Below are positions 15,661-29,462 of a stretch of 64,000 nucleotides of DNA, one piece after another. The DNA lies in NCBI RefSeq assembly GCF_009914755.1, contig NC_060928.1; one strand, given 5' to 3'. The position numbers and the translations under genes are program-made. Source of the DNA: the human T2T-CHM13v2.0 reference genome, Homo sapiens. Position 1 is the first letter of the stretch. Every line of letters begins with the position of its first letter. The notes under the pieces are model-generated. The model had not been told where the DNA came from, ran no database searches, and saw only the letters and a program-made list of their open reading frames with translations.

Positions 15661-16907
15661 CAATAGGCATAATCACTCCCATTAAGAATATTATAGACGA
15701 ATGGAGAAAGCAATTATTAAGTAAGTGTGAGCCACACAGGAGATCAATGAATATGCAATCAAGCACAAGTTTTTAAAGTTTTATAATAGTTTGTCTATGG
15801 TGTGCTCAAAACACATAAATTATTATCTAAGGTTTTAGTCCTACTGTTATTAAAATATTAGCTGTAGCTTCGTCAATTTTAAACTACTAAGAGATGAAGT
15901 TTGATACTATGGAAATTGTAATATTGTATGCTTAATAACAAGCCATTAATAATGAATAAAACTAATTTATTCACTTAGCAGAAAGTGAAATTACAAAATC
16001 ATGCTTTCAAGAAGTAGTACTGTACTATTGTGAAATATGCCAATCAGTTAAGTTTATGTTATATTACATGTGATCCCTATTCCTGTATGAAAATTTCTCA
16101 TATGGCATAAAATGTATCCTAATTGTAACCTCTGAATAAACAGTAATATGCAGAATATACATTAGTGGTATAAATTAATAGTGAGGGTAAATGGGAAACT
16201 CTAGTTTTTGAAAACATATGAAACTAAATCATCAAATCTTGATTGCTACTTCTGTTTACTCAAATCTTGGCTAATTATTTGGTCACTATTTTCTGCTACT
16301 TTATGACTCAAATAAAATTACATTCACTTCTCATAACTTTTGCTTCATCTTACTTACTTTACCTGATGTTAGTGTTACCCAGCATGTATTATGAGGATAG
16401 TGGGTAATGAAGACAGGTAGATATTCTAGTTTTATTCTTAGTCCTCAATAAAGACTCTGTTTTCCTTATTTATAACACGTTTCAATTCCATTCCAGTTCT
16501 GTTTCTTCTTCTAACTTTCTTGTTTTGTCCATGCTCCTGTCATTTGGACATGTCGATAGTAATTTTCCTGGAATATTCCTTGCCAGAGAATTTCTGTCTG
16601 ACGTTACATTTTAGTCTCTTTCCATTCCTGGATTCTATAGAACAGGCAACACAGTTCAAATTTTGCCCTGTAGGACCCCATGTCCAAATCATGATGACTC
16701 CACTTGCCTGGGCTGCCAGTATCCTGCATACTTCTTGAGAGACTGCTGTTAGAGGCAACTGTGAATGTAAATGGCCTGTCATCCCAGTGTAAGCTAAGCG
16801 CAAGTAACTTTGATAATAGAAATGTATATAACAAAATCTTTAATGTACATGTGTTCTTTGATCTTCATGATAGTTTGTATTTATTTTTATGTTAAAAACA
16901 TTATGCA

Positions 16908-17212
16908 AGCCAGGCACAGTGGTTTACGCCTGTAATCCCAGCACTTTGGGAGGCCAAGGCAGGAAGATCACTTGAGGACAGGAATTCGAGACCCACCTGC
17001 CAACATGGTGAAACCCCGTCTCTACTAAAAATACAAAAAAAAAAAAAAATAGCCAGGCATGGTGGCATGCACCTGTAGTCCCAGTTATCGGGAGGCTGAG
17101 GCAGAAGAATCCATTGAACCTGGGAGGCAAAAGTTGCAGTGAGACGAGATCACAGTACTGCACTCCAGCCTGGAGACAGGGTGAGATTCCGTATCAAAAT
17201 AAATAAATAAAT
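16908..17212 (+). mobile_element. AluS element
   Basis: Full dimer GCCAGGCACAGTGG...TGTAATCCCAGCACTTTGGGAGG, A-rich linker and (AAAT)n tail. Confidence 0.95.
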
Positions 17213-17653
17213 ACACACATACGTACATTACGTGGACACATAAATACTGACAATTCAATAATAAATTATAACATCCTTATGTAGTTGATTTGTGTCTATC
17301 AGAAAATATAATTGTATCAGTATTGAGAGTGTCTTTTTTTTCCTCATTTTTTACATATTTTTAAATTTCATTTTCATTTTTGTAATTTTTCAAAGTAGAA
17401 AAACATTATTTGATTGTAACAGCCAATGTTTTGAAGTGTATGCAGAACCTTCGCTCTCTCCACTGATGAGGGGTGACCCAGCAATTGTGCTTGTATTTTT
17501 GACTCAAGATAATACAGCTGATTGGACCAAATTGTCCCTATCAGATTATTTTACTCCAGAATTTGAACTGAGCTACACAGGCAATGAGTCTCGTTATTTC
17601 ATCACATTTATAGAGTCCATAGCCTAATTCCTAACATTTCTGAGTTCAATAAG

Positions 17654-17968
17654 TTTTTTCGTTTTTCTTTGTTTTTGTTTCTTAGGGACAGGGTCTTACT
17701 TGTATCCCCCACTTGGGAGTAACAGTGCCAGGATCACAGCTCACTTCAGCCTCAAACACCTGGCCTCCAGGTATCCTCCCGCTTCAGCCTCTCAAGTAGC
17801 TGGGACTACAGGTGCCTGCCACCACATCCAGCTAATTAAAAAAAAAAAATTTTTAGAGATAGGGTCTCAGTATGTTGCTCAGGCTTGTCTCAAACTTCTG
17901 GCCTCCAGTGATCCACCTTGGCTTCCCAAAGTGCTGAGATTACAGGCCTGAGCCATTGCTCCCAGCCT
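17654..17968 (-). mobile_element. AluJ element
   Basis: Diverged dimer (GACAGGGTCTTACT...TCACAGCTCACTTCAGCCTC...GAGCCATTGCTCCCAGCC) with a possible decayed TSD TGAGT/GTCA..AGTTTT. Confidence 0.9.
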
Positions 17969-20413
17969 GAGGTCAGGAGTTTTAATGCTTAATTGCAATT
18001 GAATGAGACATCTTCAATCCTTTCCCTAAATTCCTAAATTCCTTGTGTGTTTCAACTAGTTTGAAGTTGTTCACGCTCTTAGTCAAGTCATGTCTAATAT
18101 ATCGACTTTCAGAAAGCAAAACATGATTTTCAGTAAGATACTCTACCTTCAACACTTCCTAAAGTTACTCACAAGTGTCAAGAAGTTCAATACAATTACT
18201 ACATAGTATACCAGAATACTGAAAGATAAATGCAATGATCAGTATGAGGAAAAGTTAACAAAACAAGAATTATAGAATTACAGATATTTTTCTCCTGGTG
18301 TACAGATTCAGTTTTCCGGAATGGATGGGATTTTCAGATACAGCTTAGGGTGACCTCTGTATATACTTCTTATGAAAACGTTCTATAAACTGTGGTTGTA
18401 GACAGCCTGATTTAAGTGGTAGGCATGATGACCTTTAAAACTGTTTCATTTTTCCATTTATCTGGAATTTCATGTGTATTTTACTTTGGAAATAAAACTA
18501 GTTTCAAACAGTAAGTCCATGGACAGTTTAAAACTGATATACTTCAATTATTAGTTTACATCTTCTGATTATTCTACATCTTAAGAAGTGATTTAGAAAT
18601 TGTTATGGACTAATAGAAGAAATGTTAGAAAATTTCAAGCTATTAAGAGAATAAGGTGTTCTACAGGAGTGAATTTTCCAGGTAAATGAAGCTCAATTAA
18701 TTTCTAATATATTAACTGTTAATTGATGGAGGAAATTTAAAAAAAATTAGGCATACCCATATCCCTGATCTTCTAAACCAAAAAAATTGGATATAATTCC
18801 ACAGTCTCTCAAGGGATATCTGAGGGATTCCATAGTATTTTTACCACTTATATCTGTTTTCCATTTTTCTATTTTCCTATCTACATCTGAAAACTTCCCA
18901 GAGTTAATATTGATGATGGGTTTGAGAATATAAAATCTTTTCAAATTGGCAATGCAACCATCTTTACAGTATACTGTTAAGATTTGAGCCTTACTGTTCT
19001 ACCAGCAGTTTCCTTGGTTTTACATTTTAAAGATCAGACAAAACACCATAGAAAAGCCTTTGAGACCTCAGTTTCTCTCTTTTGAATCTTTCAGAGAAAA
19101 GGTGACATGAATGCTTCCATTGATAGCATGCTTTCATTTAGATGATTTTGAGAAAGCCTGGACTATAAACTGACTAATATCAGGGAAACTAGTTGAATGC
19201 TGTTGATGTGTTTAGCATTTTGCTGGCTATAAGTTTGCTGAAATGTAAATTCCAAGCCCTTAATAATTCTTACCTTATTATTTAAATTGATCATATTTTA
19301 CTCAGGCAAATATTAGCAAAACATATTACTATAAGTAACTTTTAAATATTAAATAAGTAACTTTTAAAAATATTTGATTAAAAGCATGGGCTGAAGATGA
19401 CAATTATATCTGTATCTATTATCTACAGCTATATACACATTCACAGTTTATAATTAATTACAGGTCTGTAGGGTACAAAGAGTAAGACAGCAATTTTAAT
19501 TAATTGATCAGATTAACAAAATTATAAGAATGAGTACTTTGTTACACAAGATTTAACATTGTCAATTATACTTACTATATGATGTGAAAAATTGATGGAA
19601 TATTCATTTAATTTTATGCCTAAACCGAAAGCTATAGGCTAGCAAGCAGAGGTCTTCAAAAAAGAAAGAGATTACAGAGAGCCCATGAAAGCATATAAAC
19701 ACAGCTGTACAGGAAAATTACTTGGAGAGGTTTTAAATTTTTTTCATAGCCCCTTGTCCCTCAAGATTCTGATTTGCCCATTTTTTAAAAAACTTCTCAG
19801 TTAATTTAAAATTTTGGCTAGGATTGAGCACGATTATATGAAAAACGATGATGACAAAAATTGTCTTGTTTTTAATACCTTTTTGGCATTTAAAAACATT
19901 TTATTTCAGTACTATTAACAATAATAGCAATAATCAAAAGAGGAACTCTTTTAAATAATATTGCATTAAATTTAGAAAATAGGTCAAACAAGAAAACTAC
20001 AAGATATGGGAGTTTACAGAGAGAATAGTGAACTTAAAGCTACTTTAAAGAAAAGAAAATACTATTTATTTAATAGTTTCATGTAAACGTGACACTTTTA
20101 TATTATAGCAGGTAGCCAATTTTCTGGGTGAGCTTATGTTTTCCACTTTCTTAAAGTGTTGAAGAGATGAACATTAGCAATATATGATTCCTCCTCAAAT
20201 TTCAGGGTATGTTTATGCTTTTCCTGTCACCCTACAGCTTTTTATCTTAAAGAGAAGTTTAAGAAACTAACAACTTTTAAAACCGCTATTACAAAATATC
20301 ATTTTATATCCCAATATATAAAAGCCACATACACAATAAATTCAATTATTGTAAGCGAATGTGTAACAGAGTATAAAAAACACAATTTTCAGAGCAAATA
20401 TATTTAAATCATT

Positions 20414-20419
20414 TTTAAT
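20414..20419 (-). terminator. GABRA2: Candidate distal polyadenylation signal ATTAAA
   Basis: On the minus strand ATTAAA is followed about 30 nt later by TTGTGTTTTTTATACTCTGTT (GU/U-rich downstream element). Confidence 0.55.
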
Positions 20420-21984
20420 AAATACAAAAAAGTTGTTTAGCATTAATTTGCATGTGATTAGTTAGGAATTTTTTAAACAGCAAGCATGACATATTCAATA
20501 AAGGTCATATGATCAACTAGTGGCCTTTCCCAATTACAACAAGGTCACAATTACAAATATTAGTTCTTGAGTTATTTTCATGAACCAGAAAACCTACCAA
20601 TAAGTATACTGTCACCCAGAAAATTTCAAATTTCACATAATGTGACTATCAAAGTTTAGTGTTGAAGGTTCCTCACATTCTCTCTGCATGTGATCGTATT
20701 ATTAATTTGTAGCAAAGGAAAAATACTTTATTCCTTTTATTTTCTATTCAAATGTAGCAATAAGTATGACATTTTTTAAAGTTTTCACTCACATCACATC
20801 TACTGGAAACATTTCATGAAAGGTGATGTTCCTTAGTTTGAAGCACATCAAAACCTGAATTTGTATCTGCTCAGGAAAATCTTGAAAATTTATAGAAGAC
20901 CAACAATTTTAAAATCAAGTGTAGTGCAGGCACCCAAGATTAACAAGCAATAAGGACTTAACTGTGGATGGTAAAGTTTAATTCATGAGAATTGTGGCTC
21001 AATAATTGAGTTTTACTTATGTCTTTCTAATTATACGTTACACCTTTTTACACATTATGATCAGTTTAAAGCACAATCAATTGCTTCAACGACTATGTCG
21101 AATATGTTAAAAATAAATTCTGAACAAATCTATCAGTACTATTTCTAAAGTAATTCTGCAACTAACTCTTGCTTTCTTAGCATCAGTTGTTTTTACAAAT
21201 AAACTTTGTTGGAAATATTCATGTATAGCCAATAATACAGTTTATATAGCCAATGCAACATAGTTTGCCTTTTGGCATCATGTTATGGCAAAGTCTTCTA
21301 AAAAGAAGCATGGAAAACTGACATTTTCAAACCTAGTAAGCTAATTCAGCAATTGCAATCCCACCGGTGGCATCCCTTGGGATCAATTCAGGCGTCATTC
21401 TATAAACGGTAACTTACAACAAAATATTTGATGAAATCAATACATAATCCTTGAAGCCCAATGGGATTAAATGTTATGAAACGAACAATATGACAAATGA
21501 AAACACATCTCTCCAACCACTAATAAAACTGGCAAAATTAGAAAAAAAAGGAAATGAAGGAAGTGCTTACTTTTGCTTAATCAACATTAATCATTTTTAA
21601 TACGTGATCATTACTTGTGAACCAAAAAAGAAAACTGCAATATATTCCCAGAAACTAAATTGTACCAAAGAAGTTAGTAAATAGCTAGCATCACAAAAAC
21701 GGGTATTGCTTACTGTACAGTACAGTTTTATTGTTGAGTGTTTGCTTTTTACTTGTTTGTTTTGTTATGTAGAAAACCATGTAATGGCTCCCTTATTGAA
21801 TGAATATTCCCCAAAAGGCATGAATATAAATTTGAATTAAAGCAAAGAAAAAACAAAGGTTTTTGGTTTTTTTGTTGTTTTTTGTTTTTTTGTTTGTTTG
21901 TTTCGTTTACCTTTCCTATAATATATGTAAACTGGTATGTTGGTGTACTATATAGAAATCCTAGATTTCCAGAGCTTCAAGAAT

Positions 21985-22085
21985 CACACAGTGATGATGG
22001 CTGCTGTGAGGACTGAATGAACTAATATGCATAAAAAACTTAGAACGTTGACTAGTATGTGATGGGCTCTCTGTAAGAATTATAC
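21985..22085 (+). mobile_element. MIR fragment within 3' UTR
   Basis: GGCTGCTGTGAGGACTGAATGAACTAATATGCATAAAAAACTTAGAAC resembles the MIR 3' part. Confidence 0.6.
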
Positions 22086-25000
22086 TCTGAATCATTCCAA
22101 TTCAAAAAGTAAGGTATGAAACAAATCAGTAATGAATATACATAACTTTGTATTTGTAAATAACCAGATATTTAACTTTTAGAAGAGCTTACACAAGCCT
22201 CCGTTGAGAAACCTGGCATTCAAAGATGTTTCTATTCTATCTCATGAAGCAGAATTGCAAGATCATTTTGAATTTAATCTTTTTTTAAAAAAAAACTAGA
22301 AATACATTCGAAAAAGTTTACACCAACATAGAAAAGATATTTTTAACCATATGCATAACTCAAACCTAATTCTAATTAATAAGTTTGTTATGGATTTACT
22401 GAAAAATGTGTTCTAGTGTGCAAGTTAATTGCTAGTTTAATAAGAGCTGAATTTGTGATAAGATCCATTAATAAAACAAATTGTTTAGATATCATAAATT
22501 TATCTGAATTTCTCAAAACATTATTCCATACATACCTAGGAATTACACACATACACACTCGCAAACATACACACATCACTGACACACACAGCTAAGACCC
22601 TATTAAAAGATCTTTGGGAACATTACTGTAAGCTGAAACATAAACCTGTAAATTGTTCTTTACTATTGGCAATATTAGGTAATGTTATGTATTAAATACA
22701 TCATTGAGTAGTTTGAGGTGGGACGTATAACCACCTTTATAAGTATTTCTTCATATATAAACAAACAAAAATAGAATATTTCAACTTAACAAGATGGAAG
22801 ACACAGTGGTCTAGATATGTTGATAATTAAGAATTTTAGCAAAAAAACAAAATTATGATATATAATATTTATAAGTAGATATTGAATAATTTACCTTCCC
22901 AAATGACTTTCACATGAACTTTCTCTACTTTAGTATTTTAGTTATGATGCTTACTATGATAGAATAACGACTCTTAAAATATTTGTGTGTCTACATATGT
23001 ATAATTTATCTACTTTCTCGGAAGTTAAAAAGGGAAAAATGCTTCACTTGGTTTAATTAACAACAGTCTCCTGTTTCCTGTGGTTTCTTCTTTTCAGTAA
23101 TTCTGAGCTCTTAAATACTGATGGAAAATATTAATATCTTTAATATAAATTTTAACAGCAAAATATTATGGATATTAAATAATTATGTTAAATATTTACT
23201 TTAATTTTTAGAGCATGAATTCAGTAGATAAAAATATGACTTGTCTTCTCCACACTGTTACAAGTGGTTTTGGTATAGTGTCCATGTTTCTCAAGCATGC
23301 AGATGTCAAAAATAACTGCACCCCTCCCCAGTTAAAATTTTACACTTCTGCATACTTTAAATTAATAAAAGGGAAGCACGAGGTGCCTATGGGACCTCAA
23401 TTAAAAGGAAAATGAATGGCACTATAGGGTAGCAATGAGTCAGGTAGTAATCCCCTTAAAATTCTGAATGTTTTCATATGATAAAAAATTTGGTCATTGC
23501 TTCAAAAACATGCAGATGAATGTCAGTGTGCCAGGAGACTAATAACAATAATAATCTGTTTAGTAAATCTATTAACATAACCTCATATTTCCAAGTAAAT
23601 AATAAATATGTCTGTGTTTCACAGACATGTGTCTGAGGGCATCAGGCATAGAATACATTAAACAAATTATTAATGGATGCCAAAGAACCATGATAATGCA
23701 GAAGGTGACTTGAGCTACTTCCTTTCTTCTTTCATTGGAATGATGACCGGCCATGCCAAAGAAAAGTACTTTGGTGCTCTTCTGGAATCCATGATTATAT
23801 CATGGCAGGGTTTGTGTCCCTCAACCAGGAATTCAAAAAGAGCCACATAAATGCAAATTATACTTACCAAATAATGAGAGTAAAATAATAGATTCTGGGT
23901 TGTTTTTAAAAATAAACTATGAACTATTTAAGAAAAAAAATTTAGAAACATGGCTCAAGGGGATCACTTATCCAAACCTGAGATAAATTCAAAATAGAGA
24001 GATACCTGAAAAGATTTCTAAACATTAAGATTGGCACTTAATAAAATCATTAAAATTTAAAAAATATATATTAAATGGTTATATTTCTTCCATTTTATAA
24101 TCAAACACATGGGAACATGAACAGGAGAAAAGAGAAAAACAGCCACCTATCCTAGCACACTAGTGGCATCATAGCTCATTAAAGAACTCCCAGTACTAAA
24201 TTAATTTACATGTTTTATATAGTCTTTAATTTCAAGTCATTATAAGAATGAGATGCACTTAAAATTTCAACTAAATTCAGTGGGTGTGACATGAGTGATT
24301 TTAACACCAATTACAGGGCATGGCACAGGAGGTAAAAAATATTTTTGAATAAATATTAGTTAAATCAGAGTAGTAGCTATAAAATAATGAGATTATATCT
24401 CTATATATGTACATGTATTTATCTACATTTTGTACATACCATAACTCTTTATGTCATTGTACAACTGCATAAAATAGGTATAATCTTATGGGCCAAAGAG
24501 ATCAGTGTTAGTATATATAAAATGTATTTTCTGAAAAATTGGCCTTATTGTGATAAATTAAAATCCTTTTAAATTTGTTTTTAAATTGGTTCATGGAAAG
24601 GATTATAATTGTTACGAATCTTGTTCTATAATTTAAAAGCAATTTCCACGGAGCATCCCTAGTCTCCCCACAAGAGAAGAAGCTCCTTTTGATTTATTTA
24701 AACATTAAAAGAAGAAGAAATATGTAAAAAGTACATCAAAGTTTAAAGAAATAACAAAGAATTCTGATCCCTAGCACTGAAAAATCTGAACTGCCAGAAT
24801 GTCATTGCACTCAAATAAAATTTTACCACATGAAATTTAAAATAAGAATAACAGTGATAAGTTTTCTGGTCAATCTGCCATAAATGCTAATAATACTGGT
24901 GCCATCAATATAGTAGCAGCTCTTTGCCCAAAGTATAGATAAGCCTTTTCTGTTGTCATACAGAAACTGTTATTTACAACTGTTTTTACATATACACATA

Positions 25001-25294
25001 TTTATAAATTTATAACTTATAGTCAGACATTAAGGGGGCAATGCGGACTTTACAAGACAAATATTCTTAAAGTATCTAATAATGCATACCATATAGAGCA
25101 ATTTCATTGCTTGCCTTCTGGCATTGTGTACTTCCTTATACAATTGCACACATCCCTAAACTATACAGAAGAGCTATGCTATATTTAAATGTATAAGAAA
25201 ATAGGATATCTTCTATTTCAATGTATGAATAAAGTGCACATTTTAAAACTAGGTGACAAAGAAAGTGTTACTGGAAGGGAATTAAAGAAATACA

Positions 25295-25300
25295 TTTATT
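25295..25300 (-). terminator. GABRA2: Candidate proximal polyadenylation signal AATAAA
   Basis: Minus-strand AATAAA, with a second at 25321-25326, followed by pyrimidine-rich TTCCCTTCC...CTTTCTTTGT. Confidence 0.4.
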
Positions 25301-25879
25301 GGCTCATGTAACAATTTTATTTTATTAAGGATTATGGATTACCTCTTGTGAGGGAATTTTTAATGTCAAGGCTGTCTTCTTGGCAAATTCCGTTAATAAG
25401 TTGCATTTGTGACCTTGGTTTTATACAAGCATGCAAAGCATATAATAGAATCACATGGAAACAAAGAAATTTTAAAAATTAAATGAGGCAAAGGAATAGC
25501 AATTTTTGCTGATATTTTGCTTATTTCCATAGATACTCCTTTTATTGATTTTATGAACATACCTATTTATGCACTATACTCAAATACTGTACAAAACTGC
25601 AATAAATGTTACTATTTGACTACTTATGTTTCTACAAAAACACCATCGTAAAGGTGCATGTTTTAGTAAAAGTCAACTAATAACTGCTAATGTACATGTC
25701 AATCAAAAGTATTTGAAGTTTGCCAAAAACTTTGAATCTAGGCATAATACACAATCTTTAACTTTTATTAGCATATTTCGGGGCATAAATAATATTTTAA
25801 GATATTAAAAGAAAAATGAATTTTACCCATTAATAACTAGTAATTATATAAAATTTAAAATTGTGTTTTCTAATTTAGC

Positions 25880-25880
25880 T

Positions 25881-25916
<36 letters not shown>

Positions 25917-25921
25917 TTGTG
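25880..25921. repeat. (TG)n/(CA)n microsatellite in 3' UTR
   Basis: About 20 TG units with interruptions. Confidence 0.95.
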
Positions 25922-27158
25922 CACGTGAAATAATCCACAATCTATTGGTGATGTTTTAAAGTTGCAGTGTAAAAATGTTCAACCCTTACCAAAACCTCTT
26001 CTGGTATACAAAGCTGTTGTAAATTTGAGTCAGCGAAATTTAAAGTTGCAATTTACAAAAGCAGATTTACATTAATTCTTATCTGAAAGAACTGCTTTCA
26101 CAAGAGAAAAATGTGCCAATTAACTGCCCTTTCCTTTATAATTAGTGGCTTCTGAGTCTTGAAAAGAAGCCTTAAGGCAGAATTTGCAGTAAACAGGAAA
26201 GAGGAGAATCATATAAGTGTTTGTCATAGTGTGGGGCACCTATGAATTCTCATCAGTGGGAGTTTTTGGCACAATTTTCTAATCCAATATGCATGTTGCT
26301 CCACAGCAACCAAACTGGATGCTTTTTCCAGTCTCCAGCACCCGTAAAATTTAGCTGATCAATTTCAATACAACACATACCTGGAAATGTTAAGACACAT
26401 TTCTTTTCTTTTTTTTTAATTAAGGTAGTTTCCAATGATTAAAATAAATTGTAGGATTTCAATTATTACTTTCAAATAAACTCTGAAGCTAAAAATGTAA
26501 TGACCATGACATTCCAATAGTTATTACATCGTAGGCATAATTAACATCCTTTCGGGCTGACTCATAATTATTTGAGCTTGTCATGCTGTAATATGTACAT
26601 GGCTATAGATACTATATAGAGTAATTCATAGCTGATTTCAAATCTCTAGTTTTTCTTATGTGTACCAAGCTTCCAATTACATTAGCAGGGACTCTGAGCA
26701 CTCATGAACAGAGCTGATGTCAGATACAATGTTTGTTACTTCAAAGGATTCATCTAGGAATGACAATGTTATCTTCCATCATAATTAAGCAACAGTAGAA
26801 AATACCCCTACTTAAGAGCTAAACCAAAAGGGTCCACAAAGGGTTGTACAGGATCCCCATTTTCATCTCATTTGGAAGAATAGGAAATTAATCAGGTCAC
26901 TTGAAATTCACTTTAAATCAGGTCCTAGGGTAAATCTTTAAAAAAGGCAATGGCTGTTTTCGCATGGAGTGCTTTCTGTCTGCAGTTCCATGAGTTAGCA
27001 AATGCATGTCTCCATTAAAGGTCTACTGGTAAGCTATGTCACTATATACATACTGTACATGTTGGATCACAAATTAGCAGTTATTAGTCAGACTGTACAT
27101 AGCAAAACAAACCAAATTTAATGTTGCTATACATCCCAAAGATAACATGGGTCTCAAT

Positions 27159-27455
<297 letters not shown>

Positions 27456-28039
27456 CTATTGAAAAATACAAAAATTAACAGAGTGTGGGTTGAGTCTGCT
27501 ACTTAACATTTTCTAAAGTCCACTTCAAATTCTGAAGGAAGGTATCCTAATACAAATCATCATGCATTAGCAAAAAACAGAAATTAGGAAAATAAATAAA
27601 GGTGTTTATTAAATTCCAAATCCATTACGGTGAGAAAACCCCCAGTAAAATTAGTGGTACCACTTTCTTGAGGAATCTTATTGGTTGTGGGTTGACATGG
27701 AAAATAACCAATAGAAAAATGCAACTTTAAAAAACAATATAACTTTTCTTTTCTCATGAGTCAGTCAAGTATTTGTCAAATGAATGACTGAATGAATAAC
27801 TGAAATGTAGAAATATTTTAACAAGAGGAATGATAATCTACAATGAATGATCCCACATTTCTAGCTTAGTAACAGGATTCCCTCCCACCTCACGTCAAAG
27901 TCATATAGCAATGCTTTACTCAGATGATGGGAAATTGTAACCTTATGAAGATGGCAGTGCAACAAATACTAGAAACACAGAAGGAGAATAAAATACAAAG
28001 TCTTGGATTTTTGCTTAGCTCATCCCGTTTCACTTTATA

Positions 28040-28730
28040 ATCTCTAGTTCCATTATCACAAACTCTTGTCTGAGTCACTATTATCTCCTGCCTGGACTTT
28101 GTGTCCGTCTAGCTTGGCTTGACTTTGTCTAACCATTAGACACATTATGGCCACAGGGATCTTTTTTAAGACATAAATTGGATCATTTAACTTCTATGCT
28201 TACATCCCTTAAATAATATTTCATGGAACTTAGAATGAAAACAACATTTTTTTTTACAATGGCTTCTTTCTTTTGCTCATTACTTACTGGCTCCCCTGAA
28301 ATAACCTCAGTTTTCAAAATACTTTCTTGCTTTGGTGCCACGCTTTTAGCCATGATATTTCCCCAGCCCAGAACACCTCAGTTTTGAAAACCTGATATAC
28401 CATCTCCCCACCCCATTTTTCACATGAACACCAATTCTTTCTCTTATTTTGGTCTTGGTTTAAATGCCATTTCCTAAGAAAGGACTTTCTTAAGGTCACT
28501 CTAACTAAACATCTCTTTGCTCCCATATATGCTCATTCATAACACTCTAATTTGTTTCCATTACGATATTTTTCAAAATGTGTTATTTCTTAGTCATGTG
28601 ATTATTCGACTGACATCTTGCTTTCTCATTCAATGAAGGCTGGTGCTGCTTCTGTCTTGTTCACCTTTGTAATCTTAGCACTTAGCATGAAGCCTTCCAC
28701 AAGTTAGCCACATAATACATCAGTGAAATA
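28040..28730 (+). mobile_element. L2 LINE 3' fragment (approximate)
   Basis: ATTATCTCCTGCCTGGACT...GGATCATTTAACTTCTATGCTTA...GTCTTGTTCACCTTTGTAATCTTAGCACTTAGCA. Confidence 0.65.
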
Positions 28731-29224
28731 ATATATAATTCATTTAATAAAATGAAAATATAAATAGTACTTATCTGTTTCTTTACTAATATAAATATAT
28801 TTTTGGTTACTTGAATACAAAGTAAATTGAGACAGCAGTGAATTATCCAAAATAGTGAGCAGGGTGTAAAGCAACAGATATAGAGGACAAATTGGTCTAC
28901 AATCATATTTTGACTCTTATTTATTTTAATTAAGAGCTCTCAAAGTGTTCAAATAAGTTTAAAAAGGAGCTCTGAAAGCCCAGGAGATTCTAAAAACAGT
29001 CATGGATTACCCATCTTTCACTGGCCTGAGTTTCTTCCTCTCCTTTTTCCCCTGCTGACATTCTTCCAGATCTGGCTTAATTATGAAAGAAGGAAGGATG
29101 AGAGATCACCATTTGTAACTTTGTAAAAGCTACAAAATATCTCTTCTTCAGTAATGATGCATATAGTTCCCATGTTACAAATAGAGGATAATGTCTAAGT
29201 GAAAAACTGATAAGGAAATTATAG

Positions 29225-29462
29225 CGAACACTTTTTGAGCACTAGAATGTGTCGGGTTGATTGTTAGCCAAGGTGACATCTCTGACAAACCTCACTACGG
29301 GATAGGAAGTTCCTTTATTAACCCCATGATATAGGTTCAAAAATGAAGGCTAAAAAAGTTTTCTGACTTGACCAGGTCTGCGCCTATTAAATGGCTGAAA
29401 AAGCGCTCAAACTTAGATGTATCTGACTTCTAAACCTCTGCTTTTAAACACCATGCCATATG
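29225..29462 (-). mobile_element. MIR SINE (approximate)
   Basis: GCGAACACTTTTTGAGCACT...AAAATGAAGGCT...TGACTTGACCAGGTC...TCTGACTTCTAAACCTCTGCTTTTAA. Confidence 0.65.

Larger units (their letters stand above)
20398..27158 (-). other. GABRA2: GABRA2 long 3' UTR (distal end inferred)
   Basis: Follows the TGA stop. It is an AT-rich, nearly TE-free 6.8 kb block ending at an ATTAAA signal with a GU/U-rich downstream element. The exact end is inferred. Confidence 0.65.

Noticed and set aside
26400-26420. Apparent mRNA 3' end at the genomic A-tract about 740 nt after the stop
   Set aside because: A genomic poly(A)-like run would cause oligo-dT internal priming, and I see no canonical signal at the proper distance.
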